Origin: Antechinus flavipes
Taxonomy: Eukaryota
Length of the DNA stretch: 64,000 nt
Assembly: GCF_016432865.1 (NCBI RefSeq)
Contig: NC_067400.1
Span: 619,876,001 to 619,940,000 of the forward strand
Direction of reading: 5' to 3'
Part shown: positions 1 through 12,380 of the stretch, piece by piece
Layout of the letters: each line of letters starts with the position of its first letter
Numbering within the stretch: the first letter of the stretch is position 1
The notes under the pieces: model-generated
What the model was told of the DNA's origin: nothing
Seen by the model: the letters and a program-made list of their open reading frames with translations, nothing else
Database searches by the model: none
Program-made: the position numbers and the translations under genes

Positions 1-299
1 ACAATATGAATGGTGGAATAGTAAACTTTGGGGCTTATATCAACCTAATCTCACATCCTGATGGACACCTTAAGGACTGGGTTGTCCCGATCTTCCAAGT
101 GCTCCCTGGCAACACTTGGCCTGAAGTTGAAATTTTGAGCTCTAGAATGGGTTCTGGGATCATTGATCATTAGTCTGATGAATCTGGAAGATGGCAGGAT
201 CATGATTCCACTGGTTGGCAACATGAGTCAATCTTGATGAATCCAACTTGCTGTCCCAAATCTAGTAACAACACATCCTTCTCACTCCTAAATTTACAG

Positions 300-660
300 G
301 AGTCTCTAAACTTCCTCAAAAATGTTATAGATAGCTCTTGACCTCCTTTTCGATTGCAGGGTGGTTGTCTGTGTTCTTGCTAACACATCATTCTATGTTT
401 ATATCGATAATTCTAAGCAGGTTGAGACATATAACAAAAATTTTGGAAAAGGAGTACTGGGTGAAGGAAATCCACAGCCAGCTGTTTCCCTCAGGATCAT
501 CAAACTGGGGTTCCTGGGTTTCAACCTTCCTGTCCCCACCCTGACCCTTCCTCCTCATTGTCTTGTTGATTTTAATATTTGGGCCTTGATTAATAATATC
601 TTTATATGTTATTACTTTATTAATTATTATATTTCTATTTTTAAAAATTAACATAACTAT
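300..660 (+). mobile_element. ERV env (TM subunit) relic, class I/gamma-like, degenerate
   Basis: The frame of ORF 361..651 extended upstream reads IALDLLFDCRVVVCVLANTSFYVYIDNSKQVETY. This resembles the env TM immunosuppressive/CX6CC region (ALDLLLAxxGGVCAxxNTSCCxYINxSGxVE). Stops are present. Confidence 0.65.
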
Positions 661-883
661 ATATGTTAATATATTTTAATAAGATTTGTGTCTTGACTTT
701 ACAGGAGAAATATCGACCCAGACATCTCATCTCCCCAATGTTGCTCCAGAGCAATTCAAATTCATCTCCACCTTCTCTAGACTTTTATGCAGGGCCAGCT
801 CTAGGACACTAATCAACCCTAAGTAGTTACGGAAAATGAGACCTTCATCCCTAGCCCCAAATGCATTTGGGTTCCATTTCTTC

Positions 884-1199
884 AAGGGGAAAATGATGGG
901 ATATTAACTATTGCATCAGCCCCCATCCCTGACTCTCTTTTACCGAAACAAAAAGATTTTCCCATATTCTATCTGAGACATAGCTAATCACGGGGATTTT
1001 CTCCACGCCCATCTTATCTGAGATTGTCCAATTTTCCTGCTTTGCTCAATTCTCCTATTCTTTCTTACCTTGCCTTGCTCTCGTGGGCTGCTACTTACGT
1101 CAAAGAGCTAGCCTGCAGAGGGCATAAACCTCACTAAATGCCTTTATTTTATTTGGAAATGGCCTAATCTTAATTCTTTAGAGACTACGCTTTGACACA
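884..1199 (+). mobile_element. Putative polypurine tract plus 3' LTR of the upstream ERV relic
   Basis: Purine run aaggggaaaa (884-893) directly before TG at 894, with a candidate CA end at ~1196-1199. It lies downstream of the env relic. Confidence 0.4.
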
Positions 1200-3249
1200 T
1201 ACCCTGGTACCCCAACAGAACCACAAATTAATACTTAGTTGATAATGTTTTAGTATAATTTCCCTCAAGAAGCCAAGGCTGCTGGACAATATGGAAGGAA
1301 AGAAAGAAGCCCTTATTACCTTGTGCCAGACACTGGGCTGAAGGTTTACAAATAATAACTGTCTCTTTTGATCCAAACAAAAACCCTGAGGTATAAGGGC
1401 TTTTATGACCCCTCATTTGACAGTCGAGGAAACAAAGGCAAACAGATTAACTGATTCATTTAGTCACGTAACTTGTAAGTATCTAGGGTTGGATTTGAAC
1501 TCGGATCTTGCTGACTCCAGATCCACTGCCCTTTCCAGTGTGTAATCTAACAGCAGTGGGCTAAAGATTAGTAGATTTTTACACTAAGTCAATTTTACAC
1601 TAATTTCATCTGAGAGGGAAAAAGCTGGAAATAGAGCAGGTTAAGTTATGCTGATCACACTGGGATCAAGTTTATAGAATGGATGCAATAGCTTAACCTT
1701 GAGGAAAGAAGGAGGAAGAAAGGAAAGAAGGGAGGGAGGGAGGAGTGGAGGAAGAAGGAAAGAAGGAAAGAGAGAAATATAAAAAAGAACTGGGATCGCG
1801 GATATGGTGTCAGATAAAGGGACAATGTATCTAGTCTTTTTTTGATAAAAGCCTCTACTTCTGTCTTTCTATCTTTGTTTTTCTCCATGTCTGAAGCATT
1901 TTTCCCCCAGTGATTTTTTGCTTTGAAAAACAACTCGAAATCTGGTGCTCATAAGTCCCTTTCATCCCTGTCTGTCAGCTCACATCTTCTTCTTCCTTCA
2001 TCAGGTTTCCACCCATCCTTCCCCGAAAGCTCCTCTTTCCTTCCCAGAACAAAGGTGAGAAATGGGATCTCTAGTACTCGTCACTCAGGGAAAAAAGGTG
2101 CCCTTGAGCACCAGACCCTCTTCCCCACCTTTTTCTTTCATTCCTCCCTCCCTCCTTATGGTTCAGGAGTTAGGAGATGGCGTGAGAGGCCTTGGAAGCC
2201 AGGAAGCAAACATGAAGTGACTTCCATGTGCTAAGTACTGCTAAGTACCTTAAAAATATCAGGGTTAATCCTGGTAATAACCCTAGAAGGGCAATAATAA
2301 TAATATTAATAAACCTAGGAGTTAGATATAATTATTATTCCCATTATACAGATGAGGAAACTGAGGCAGATAGAGGACAATTGACTTGACTGGATTTCAA
2401 GTGAGCTCTCCCTGACTCCTGGCCCAGCTCTCTGTCTGCTCTGTGAGCAACAGGTCTAAGAATCTGGCGGTGATTTTTGGGGGGAGGGGGCAGGATTGTA
2501 AGAGAAGTGGGACAGAAGTGGGGGCAGCTGAGACACGGTGAGTCTGCTGCATTCTCTCTGACAGCCCTTTGGAAGAGCAGAGAGGAAGGAAAGTCCTCAC
2601 CAAGCAAGAAAGAACCGGACCATAGTCAACTGGAAGACGGCCTCACATGAAGAAAGGTAAATCTGAGCAGGGAATGGAAGGCCAGGGTCCCGGGCGGGCA
2701 AGCGGTGAGGGGAAAGTCCTCAGAAATACTCTCTTTGAGGAGGAAACCCCAAGCCCTGCTCAGTCTGCTTACATTTCACGGGAATTCGCTTGGGATCTAA
2801 CCTCACAATTCCAAGCCGGGGCTGCAAGGGTCCGTGGAGATGCTTCCTTTCAGGGGAGCGGTTCCATGGCTCCTTCTCTGTTAGCCAAGCGGAGAAAGAG
2901 TCGCCAGGGCAGCCCGGCTCCCAAAGCTCGGGCCTTGGTTCTGCGAGCCGGGGGGCTCCATCTGGGGTCTGGCTGGTGCTCCGTGTTGATCTTGGGGAGA
3001 GATGGGTCCTGGTTCTGCCCTTCTCTAGGTATGGGGCCCTCGTCTCTATACAGCTAGACATCTCTTTCTGTCTCTTTCTCTATCTCTGTCTCTTCATTTG
3101 TGTGTGTGTGTTTGTGTGTATAAAATCTATCTTCTTTTCTTCCTCCCTCCCTCCTTTCCTCCCCCTCTCCCCTTTTCTCCCTCTCCTCCTTTCTCCCCCC
3201 CCTCCCGTTTCTTTCCCCCTCTCATGGTCACATTATGCTTGCTTTGCTT

Positions 3250-3510
3250 CCGTCCCTCCCCGTGTCCGTCCCTCCTCCCCATGTCCCTCCCTCCCCGTGT
3301 CCGTCCCTCCTCCCCATGTCCCTCCCTCCCCGTGTCCGTCCCTCCTCCCCGTGTCCGTCCCTCCTCCCCGTGTCCGTCCCTCCTCCCCGTGTCCCTCCCT
3401 CCCCGTGTCCCTCCCTCCCCGTGTCCCTCCCTCCCCATGTCTATCCTTCCTCCCCCATGTCCGTCCCTCCTCCCCGTGTCCGTCCCTCCTCCCCCGTGTC
3501 CGTCCCTCCC
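3250..3510. repeat. C-rich minisatellite, ~19-20 bp unit (ccgtgtccgtccctcctcc)
   Basis: Directly visible tandem copies. It explains the Pro-rich and Gly-rich ORFs at 2790-3679. Confidence 0.95.
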
Positions 3511-3989
3511 CTGCTGGATGGGAACACTGAGTGACTGGGAGGGAAGGGCCAGCCGCAGGCCCTCTGGCTCCCTCTGCTCCTCCCCACATGGAGCCCCCAC
3601 TAGAAAGAAAGAGAAAATGAGAACCTGGACACTACTCCTCTCCTGGGCCATACATCAATCAGGTCATAAGTCACAATAATTAAAATGCATAATAATGTTA
3701 TCACATAATCTTGCTACTAATAATTAACAGTCATGAGTTATTAACGTGCCAGACAGTGCGGTGAACGCCAGGGAAGAGAAAGGGCTGCTTGTGTGCCCGG
3801 GGCGGGCACTCAGTGAGCAAACACGTAGGTACAACCAAGCTGTGTGCAGGATAAATGAGAAATAATTAGCAGAAGGAAATCTCGAGGATGTGGAAAGGCT
3901 GCAGCCTGGCTGACACTGTGAGACCCAAGGTATCCCCAGGAGGAATTTGGGAGTCTGTGTGCAGTGTGAAGTGTCTCCCTTTCCGGTCC

Positions 3990-4800
3990 TTCCCCAGGTG
4001 CCCGGCCCGGACTGCCCCAGAGCCCCCGGGAAGTCCTGCTACACGTCCTGCACGAAGCCCTCCGCCCGTCTGAGTCAGACCAAGAAGGACGTGTGTGACG
4101 GCCGTCTTTGCCCTTGTGGGAAAATGGGGTGCAAGGTTTTTATTTTTGAGCAGAGAAAAAAAAGACCAAAAAAAATCTGGAAAGCCAACATAGTCGGTGC
4201 TCTGCCATCCACACGTGTTCGGGATGCAAAGATCTGAAGTTCTGGCTCTTTCAATAATGGTAGTAACAGGGGCAGCTGGGTGCCTAGTGCACCAGCCCTG
4301 AAGTCAGGAGGAGCCGAGTTCAAATCCGGCCTCGGACACTTAACATCCTGGCTGTGTGACCCTGGGCAAGTCACTTAACCCCAATGACCTCAGGGGAAAT
4401 AATAATAATGACAGTGATAATAATAAAAGCCGTAAACATAGTAGTAGCAGCTCACAGCGGCGCGTGCCCTGATCCATAACAGCTGCTGTGCCCGCGTTCT
4501 GGACAACAGTCGCAATGTCACACAGGCTCTGAATCAGCTGGCACAAATGGCCCAAGGTGTAGCTGGGAGCCACAGTGCTCCCCTCCCTAAAGGTTCCAGT
4601 CTTTGCCAGGACCCCGGAGTATTATTTTACTCTCCATCCTCTGCCTCGCTGTGGCACTTTGTGCTTACAAGTGGATCCATCCAGAAAAGTCCTTAACAAC
4701 CCCAACCGCCCAGGGGAAAGCTGCCCAGGAACGAGCAGAAACTATTTGGAAAGTGTGTAGGGGAAGCTTTCGGGGGTCCCTGTCGGGTTGAAATCCGTGG
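3990..4800 (+). mobile_element. Second env-like relic (ERV-S/class III-like TM), interrupted by a SINE
   Basis: From 4448 it reads QLTAARALIHNSCCARVLDNSRNVTQALNQLAQ, resembling LTAAQGGTCAxIxTECCxYIPDNSxNVT. A downstream hydrophobic stretch SIILLSILCLAVALC (ORF 4603) is in another frame. Confidence 0.55.
4269..4393 (+). mobile_element. tRNA-derived CORE-SINE (WSINE1-like)
   Basis: ggggcagctgggtg...gagttcaaatccggcctc...gtgtgaccctgggcaagtcacttaaccccaa; contains a B-box and matches the marsupial SINE pattern. Confidence 0.85.
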
Positions 4801-6319
4801 CAAGGAGAGAGTAACTGGGCCTAAATTATAGCAAGGTATGACAAGGGACCAGAATATAGCCTTCACTGTGTCCAGCACATAACTGTGGGTGCCCAGGCAC
4901 TGATCGGGGCGCCCGCGCCCCAAATTCCCATCACTTGTTAAGCAGGATGTAAGTCCCCATTGCCGTGTATAACGTTGCTTTACTACTCCTGCTCCTTTTC
5001 TCTGATTTCTATAATTACCAAGAGATTTACTGGGGGTCTTTTGCCTCCTTTGGTGGAGGGTGGCCCCTTTGTTTAGGGGGGCTCTGAATTCCCTCAGTTG
5101 GGAACTCTGGACCCTACAGTTTGGGGTGATGAGCGATACTAAGAAAGAGACATCAGGATGTGAAGACCCTGACCAGGAATGAGAATGTTCATCATCTCAT
5201 GGAAAATGCCCTTCTTCTTCCCAAGGGAAATTGGGGTTCGGTCTGGAGTCAAGACGAGAGCCGTGATTGGAGTCTATTTCGCTATTTCTGAGTGGTGGGG
5301 AGGGGGCAGAAAAGGTTGTAACAGAAAATGGACCTCAAACCTACAAAGAAGAATAAACAAGCCCCCATTCACTCCAATTCTCTTCTCATCCCACTTCTTC
5401 CCCCGTAGGAACAAGTGCAGTGGGAGACAGAAGCCTTAAAGTCAGGGAGAAGTTGTTTCTCTTCTCACTGAAGGTTTTCTACATCCCAGGGGGGAGACTG
5501 AGGTTATAATAGGAGGTGGAATTTATTACTTTTATAACTTTTTGGGGCTGATATATTTTTCCATTGAAAAGTCAATACCGAGTAATATTGATAGTTAATA
5601 CATTATAATGTACTTTCAGCCCCTTCATTTTTACTTTTAAACATTATTTTTCTTGAGATTCTAGAAGTTCTTTTTCCTCTGATTGTTAATGTTATCTTTC
5701 ACCATAAAATAAACGATTGGCAGTTGATAGAACCACAATAAATCTTCAAAATAATTAAGGAAGTATCATTATTTTTCACTAAATGGCCTCCATCTAGCCA
5801 TAAGCGAGTGATACATCTCCAATTACTCCCCTTCCTTGATTTCTCTAGTGTTTTTTAAAATTCTATTCATGTCTTGAATGTGTCGTGTCAGACTGACTCA
5901 GATGACTCGGGTGATTCATGTCAGAATCATTTTGAATGTAATTTGTCGTTCTCCCATCTTGCTGGAATTGTCAACTCCCTTGGGACTCTCATACAAAGAA
6001 TGAAATAATCCCTACTTCCTCGAAGCTTACATAACCAGAAAGACAAGTTGTATATATAACTATATAAAGACAATAAATATAAGGTAATTATGAAGAGAGA
6101 GCACTTGTGTTTTGATGAATCAGGAACGGCTTCATGGAGAAGTTGGGGTGTTTGGGAAGACTAGTATCTCTGCTGCAAGAACTTGCTGAGCCTTTTTCAG
6201 GGTTGCTCATCCACCTTTGGGGTCCACCCGTCTCCCAGCTCTCACCTGTAGCTCCAAGAAGCTGGAACATGCCCAGGAGCCACATCCCAGCAAGACCCCA
6301 GTGTCTCAGCAGGCAGACT

Positions 6320-6815
6320 AAACCAGGTTGAGGGTAACCGATGGGTTTCAAACCTGTTGGTGAATTAATGGGGTGTCTCCCCCAAACATGTGAACTGTGC
6401 CCAGTGAAATGAAAGGATGAAAACGATTTGTTCCAATGGCCATGAAGGCAACTGAAGCAGGTGCTGTGGAGCTCTTGGAGCTTGGACAGACAGAGATGAT
6501 GTCAAGGTCAACCACAGCTCTATGTTATTGTCAAGGTTACCCACAGCACTCTATGCTATTGTCAAGGTCACCTACTGTGTTCTGTGCCATTGTCAAGGTC
6601 ATCTATTGTGCTTTGTGCCATTGTCAAGGTAACCTACTTGCTCTGTGCCATTGTCAAGGTCACCCATGGCGCTCTGTGGTCTTAAGAAGTCAGGAGGACC
6701 CTGTCTTGCCACTGGACTTTGATGATTCTAGAAAAAAGAGTAGGACCAATGACTTGATGCAACTCTGTCTCACTTGAATCCAATTTATCTGCAAGTCAAG
6801 ACATTTCATGTTTTT
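6320..6815. mobile_element. RTE-related marsupial retroelement/SINE segment containing an internal tandem expansion
   Basis: The blocks gagggtaaccga...caaacctg and gtcttgccactggactttgatga...cacttgaatccaatt...aagtcaagacat match my recollection of marsupial RTE-derived repeats; not verified by search. Confidence 0.5.
6496..6680. repeat. Tandem repeat, ~30-31 bp unit x6, each unit carrying TCAAGGT(C/T/A)A
   Basis: Motif starts at 6502, 6531, 6562, 6593, 6624 and 6654. Confidence 0.9.
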
Positions 6816-8836
6816 AATCCTCTTCAAAAAGATGTAGGAGAGAGTATGGTGGATAGGAATCTGAACTTGTAGTTAAGACATATTAAGCCTCAGACACTTA
6901 CTATCTGTGTGACCCTGGGCAAGTCACTTAATCTCTCTATAATGGGATAATAATAGCCCTTATTTCCCCAGTTATGAAGATCAAATAAGATAATATTTGT
7001 AAAATGCTTTACAAACCACAAACCACTGTATAAATTCTAGCTATTGTCATGAAAAAAAGAGGGATTCTATAAGGTAGAGGTGAGTATGAAATATATTGAG
7101 CAGGGATAGGTCTTTTTTTTCCTGATGATCATCTTGATGTCCAGTTATCAGAATCCACCATCCTTGAAATTATCTTTTCTTTGTAAATGTAAATTTAAAA
7201 AAATATGATAAAATAATTAGAACATTTAACGTCTAAGAAGAAATATAATAACTCCTAAGATCCACTTCTTTTTCTTTTCTTTCTTTTTGACTTTAGAGAG
7301 TTGATTTTAGATGCAAAGTTTTGAGTTCAGTCATAATTGTTCTGAGCCCCTGCTTGGAAATATTCCTAACGCAGATATTAGATGCACCAACCTCTTTGTA
7401 GCTGGGGCAATTGAGTAGGGGAAAAATAGATTGCATTTTAGTGTTTGCCCATCAGCATTTGAAGGGGAAATCTGGGGGAAAGCCAATCTTTTCTTGAGAC
7501 TTTCCTCAGTCTGCATTCTCCTTTCTTCCATGGTCACCCAGCAAAGTACTTGATATCTCCCATTTTTGCCCCCTGTGATTCTCCTTTTGATCCATCCTGC
7601 TCTGACCAGTGAAATCTTCTTCCTCAACTTTGGGATAGCAACTCCATTTATACAAAATGCTTAAGGAATGGCTCAGGTTCTCACACAATGGATTAGAATA
7701 ATTTCAAGAAATATAATCTCTGATTGCTTGATTCAGTCAAAAAGGGTTTATGCCTAAAGAACAGGAGAGAATGGAGTAGTTTCAACTACACATATTTATA
7801 TACATACATAATATATATGTGATTATGCACTAATATGTGTACTTGTAATTTCCTCCAACAGCAATGCTTCTTGAGATAGTTTCATCTTTGTCTTTGTATT
7901 TTCAGTTCTTGGTATGTAATTAATTCTTATAAATTCTGTTAAAAATGAATTTGAAAATTCTTAAAAATTGATTATTCTCTATCATTTTTATCTGTTTCTG
8001 TATGTTTCTCTATGGAGAAATATCAAAGATGTCTCTCAGTTCATTTTGTATCCTAATAATTGTACTGAAGCTATTAATCACATTAATGAGTATTTTGCTG
8101 TTTCTCTAGTTTTCTAAGCAATCTATCATGTCATCTGCAAAGAGGAATTGTTTCATGCTTTGCTTTCCCAGGTTAATGTCTTGAGATTCTTCTTTTTTTT
8201 TAACTATAGCTAGTGGGTTTTTTTTTGGTGTATGTGTGTTTTAGAATTATGTCCAAGTAATAGGAAAAGGAATACTAAGATTTTACCTATGTCTTTATTG
8301 GGAAAGTGTTTTTAAATTTTTATTTTTTATTTATCCATTGCTGGTTCTTGGTTTTAGATACATATTATGTTAACCATGAGCAGCTAGATGGTGTCACAGT
8401 GATTAAAGCATCAGGTCCGGAGTCAGGAAAATTCATCTTCCTGAGTTCAACCTGCCTCAGATGCTTATTAGCTGGCCTTTATCTAATTTCTTTTAAGCTG
8501 CTGTCCAGTTCTCCCAGGATTAATTATCTAATTTTCCTTGGTAGAGAAGCTGCTCCCTGGAAGCTTCTTATGCTGGGTAAAATCATAGTTCTGGTTTTAT
8601 AAAATGCAAAAAAGGAATTTTTTCTGTCTCTAGTTTCTGTTCTGGGGTTTGTTCAACATTTTCTACTACCCTTGTTTATTTCTCTGATGAAAATATTAAG
8701 TTGATCCCACTCTTCTCTTCTAAAAATTTTAAATTTCTCTTTCTCTCTCTTTCTCCCTCCCTCTTTCTCCTTCTCTCTGTCTCTGTCCCTCCCTCTCTCC
8801 CCCCTCTCTCTTTCTTTCCTTCCTTCCTTCCTTCCT

Positions 8837-8965
8837 GGCAGTTGAGGTTAAGTGACTAGCCTAAGGTCACACAGTTAGGAAGTGTTAAGTGTCTGAGATC
8901 AAATTTGAACTCAGGTCCTCCTGACTTCAGGGCTGGTGCTCTACCCACTGCACCTCTAGCTTCCC
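8837..8965 (-). mobile_element. WSINE1-like SINE
   Basis: Reverse-complement match to the 4269 element (gttaagtgact...tttgaactcagg...gggctggtgctcta). Confidence 0.85.
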
Positions 8966-8969
8966 CAAA

Positions 8970-9290
8970 CCGTTATTTTTTGTTTCTCCAAAGGAATTGT
9001 GTTATAATTTTGCTCAATAATCCTGACAATTGGGTTGAGATAGCATGAAGTTTACAGAATAACTTGGGTAATGTCCTAATTTTTGTTTGGTGCAGATATG
9101 AACATTGGATGTCCCTACAATGATTCTGATCTTGTTTCAAATCTTTGAACACCATTTAAAATTTTTTCATACTCTATATGTATCTTGGTAAGAAAAATTC
9201 CAAATGTTATGTGTCTTTCATAGTTACTCCAAATAGAATTTTTACTTTTTCTTTCAACCTTTTGTTAGGATTGGAAACAACATTCTGAAT
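8970..9290 (-). mobile_element. LINE-1 ORF2 fragment
   Basis: ORF 8973..9155 reads TLPKLFCKLHAISTQL...IITQFLWRNK, resembling L1 ORF2 ILPKLIYxFxAIPIKL...KFIWKNK. Confidence 0.75.
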
Positions 9291-10149
9291 CCCAAAAAGG
9301 GCACAGTGAATGAAGCTCAGGATGAGTAAAACAGTTTGAACTTCTAACATATTCCTACAGAAATGAGTGTGTATTCACACACATACAGAAGGGAAAACAA
9401 GCTTTTGCACTTTAAGGTATAACTCCCCTCAGCTGGCCCAAGTCCTTCTGGTTTACAGTCTCCCCTTCCACCCTTTATGTGTTGTTCTTAGATGTTTGTA
9501 TGGTCATACATCCCATGTTCACAGATGGCGCACCCTTGGGGTGTGTTGATTAATTTGTATGAAGTTCATTAAGCATGAAAAGTTGCTAAAAACCTGTATT
9601 CTGACCTTGACTCTAATTGGTTGTAGCCACGTTCAGCCTGGGCTTCTCTAACAGAAATTCTGTGATTTAACTAATTTCTTGACTGGACAAAGTGATTGGT
9701 TGGTGATTCCTTAACAGGATGCTTTCACCCTTTCTCTTTTTCCTTCTTTGGAATATTTTTGGAAACTTAACTATTATAATTTCTTACGTAAGAAATTATA
9801 AAAAAATCCTGATGATTTTTTGGAATCTGGGATACTATGCACAATATTAAGACTTTAAACTCAGAGGAAAAAGCTCTGTCTGCCAGTGAATTATTCAGTA
9901 AGAAAGTGTATTATTTGAATTGTCCATTAGGTGGCATTATGATCAAGCCCCCAGCCAAATGATTTCATCAGCCTCAGAAGTCGATAGATGAAGATTTACA
10001 AAGTACTTATTGCAGGGACCTCCCGGAGGGATGTACAATCCAATTCCAAGGGGTTTGCAAAGTTTAAAAAAAAAAAAGTGCTGTCCAGGTTCTGAATTTT
10101 GATTAGAGGATGGTTCATGTTGATTGGAAATTTCTATTTCTACTTTCAT

Positions 10150-11330
10150 CCTATATGTGGTTGGTTTTTTTTTTTTTTAGTTTTTAAAAATTAAAACCTT
10201 TTTATTTTCAAAACATAAATACATAGATAATTTTCAACATTCACCCTTGCAAAACTTTGTGTTCCAATTTTTTTCTTCCTCCCTTTCCCCATCCCTTCCC
10301 CTAGACTGTAATTTATATATGTTAAACAAGTGCAATTCTTCTATACATAGTTCCACAATTATCATGCTGCATAAGGAAATTCAGATCTGTTATGAGTTCA
10401 AATGTTGGAGTTCTTGTTCTTCTCAAAGCACAGCCGGTTTAGAGGCTTGGAGCCCTTCGGATGTCTCCAAATCCAAAGGTTCTGTCCTTCAGCCTCTGCC
10501 TCTGCTTTCTTCAGCCTCCAACCAAAACAGAGATGGAATGTCTCTCTTGTCTCCTTCTGGGGAGCCCAACCACCAACTACAGTGGTATGAGATGAAGATG
10601 AATCTGGTTGTCCACTGAACTCTCCACTCGTAGCTGTATCCTCTGAAAACCCTTCGTCTGCCACCAGAGTCGCTCCTCTCGAGTCCAGCTGAACTCTCTT
10701 CTGCGACCAGTCAGCCAAGAGAAAAAATGTATTCTGGAATGGCTGTCTCGCCTTATATGTGAATCTTCTGAGAGAATGGGATTATGGGTTTTCTCCCATG
10801 GTGCTCTCTGCCCTAAGAGCTTTAAGGGAGGTGTGGACTCCCTTGAAGTTAGAAAGTGTATTTTGTGAAGCTGGCATACTTGTGGACTCCAATGAGTAAA
10901 GGTGTGAACACAAGCCTTGTATTAATTAGTTCTACTTAGTACCTTGTTTCAGGTTCTGACCAAAATCTTCTTGTAAGATTAGATCAACTCTAATTAGTTA
11001 GCAGTTAGTAAGGATTCCAACACAGATCAAAAAGGAAAAAATGAGAAACAAAATAAAAAGCAAGCAAACAACAATCAAAAAGGGTAAAAATATGCTGTTG
11101 TGGCCCACACATGGTCTCCCACAGTCTCTGGGGGAAGATGCTCTCTCCATCACCAGACCATTGGAACTGGCCTGAATCGCTTCGCTGTTGAAAAGAGCCC
11201 CATCCGTCAGAATTGACCGTCATATAATCTTGCTGTTGCTGTGTACATTGTTCTCCTGGTTCTACTCATTCCCTCCGCATCAATTCACCATGTGTATTAT
11301 TTTCAAACAATACCTACACTCATTGGACTC
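10150..11330 (-). mobile_element. LINE-1 3' end fragment, split by an LTR insertion
   Basis: Reverse complement of the marsupial L1 3' terminus (ttttattttcaaaaca...cccttgcaaaa...tgttccaa) and continuation after 11028. Confidence 0.7.
10388..11022 (-). mobile_element. Solo LTR, 635 bp, with 6-bp TSD (ERV2/beta-like by TSD length)
   Basis: Ends TGTT...AACA. It is flanked by the direct repeat CAGATC at 10382-10387 and 11023-11028. A TATA-like element lies on the minus strand near 10751-10759. Confidence 0.8.
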
Positions 11331-12244
11331 AGGCAATCAATATACTGTGGTCACAAAGTTTATTAGACATAGCAAAAAAAGTATTTCAATACTGAAGTAT
11401 GACCACAGGCAACACTATTTCTTTAGATTCCTTTCAGCTACCTTTCCTTCTCTCAAAGAGGGCTGGGAATCATTTCCAAAATGCACTTGAGTAGAGTAAG
11501 AATAAAATGTTTGTGTGTGAGGGGGAGCGCTGTCCATGGCCCCAGTTCTGTACCTCCAACTTTACCAAGAAGGGGGTTGGAAGCATCAGGAACAATAACT
11601 CTTTCCCTATGTCTGGCTTATAGATTCACTAGACTTTGAGGCAGCTGACGGTCATGGTTCTCAGGTCTTCCTCCCATTTTGGTCTCTGTTTCTATTCCAA
11701 ATCCTGACTCGTCCACAACATTGATCACAGTCAGTATGGGGTTGGTCTACGGCCTCCATCCCAGCCTTAAGTCCATGATCAGTCTCAAATCAAATGAAAT
11801 AATATTTAGAAAAAGTTCTTAGCACTGTTCCTTTCCATCACGTATGTCCTTTCCATCAACAGCAGCCAACAACCGAATGTCTGACTTCCACAGTCCATGG
11901 CTAACTCATCCTAATGGTAGGCACCTGTTCCCTGAAGAGCTCACAAGAAATCTCTCTGAAGTGCAAGGTAAGAGGGAATACAGTCTTTCTGCATGCTTAT
12001 GTTTCTGTTCACATTCCAAGTTCTCATAATTTGTGACCCTTCAAGGGAAATTTCTGAACCATCTCAGTTCCCATAGAGATATATTTTGTATCCTGCTACT
12101 TTAAAAAAAATTATCTACTAGGTGTTTTTAATTGATTTTTCTAAAGTTTTCTAAATACACGATTACGTCTTCAAATAGAAATCATTTTGTGTTGTCTTGG
12201 CAGATGTTTACTCTCTCAGTTTCCTTTTAAAACATTTATCACTA

Positions 12245-12380
12245 TATATTGGATTGTTTACCATCTGGGGAAGGGGGCGGAGGTAAGGGGGGGAAGTTGG
12301 AACACAAGGCTTTGCAAGGGTCAATGTTGAAAAACTGTCCATGCATATGTTTTGAAAATAAAAAGCTTTGATAAAAAAAT
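12245..12380 (+). mobile_element. LINE-1 3' terminus with A-tail
   Basis: ggaacacaaggctttgcaagggtcaatgttgaaaa...gttttgaaaataaaaagctt...aaaaaaa. Confidence 0.8.

Noticed and set aside
1980-3061. Possible exons (donors at ~2055 and ~2657) and a vaguely KRAB-B-like peptide PDGAPRLAEPRPELW
   Set aside because: I could not assemble a consistent gene or recognise a protein. An expected Siglec tail (ITIM) was not found.
2790-3679. Long Pro-rich and Gly-rich ORFs on both strands
   Set aside because: They are produced by a stop-free minisatellite and CT-rich low-complexity sequence, with no domain signature.
11844-12029. ORF MSFPSTAANNRMSDF... with a GTAAGA donor
   Set aside because: It is isolated, with no recognisable homology and no downstream partner exon found.
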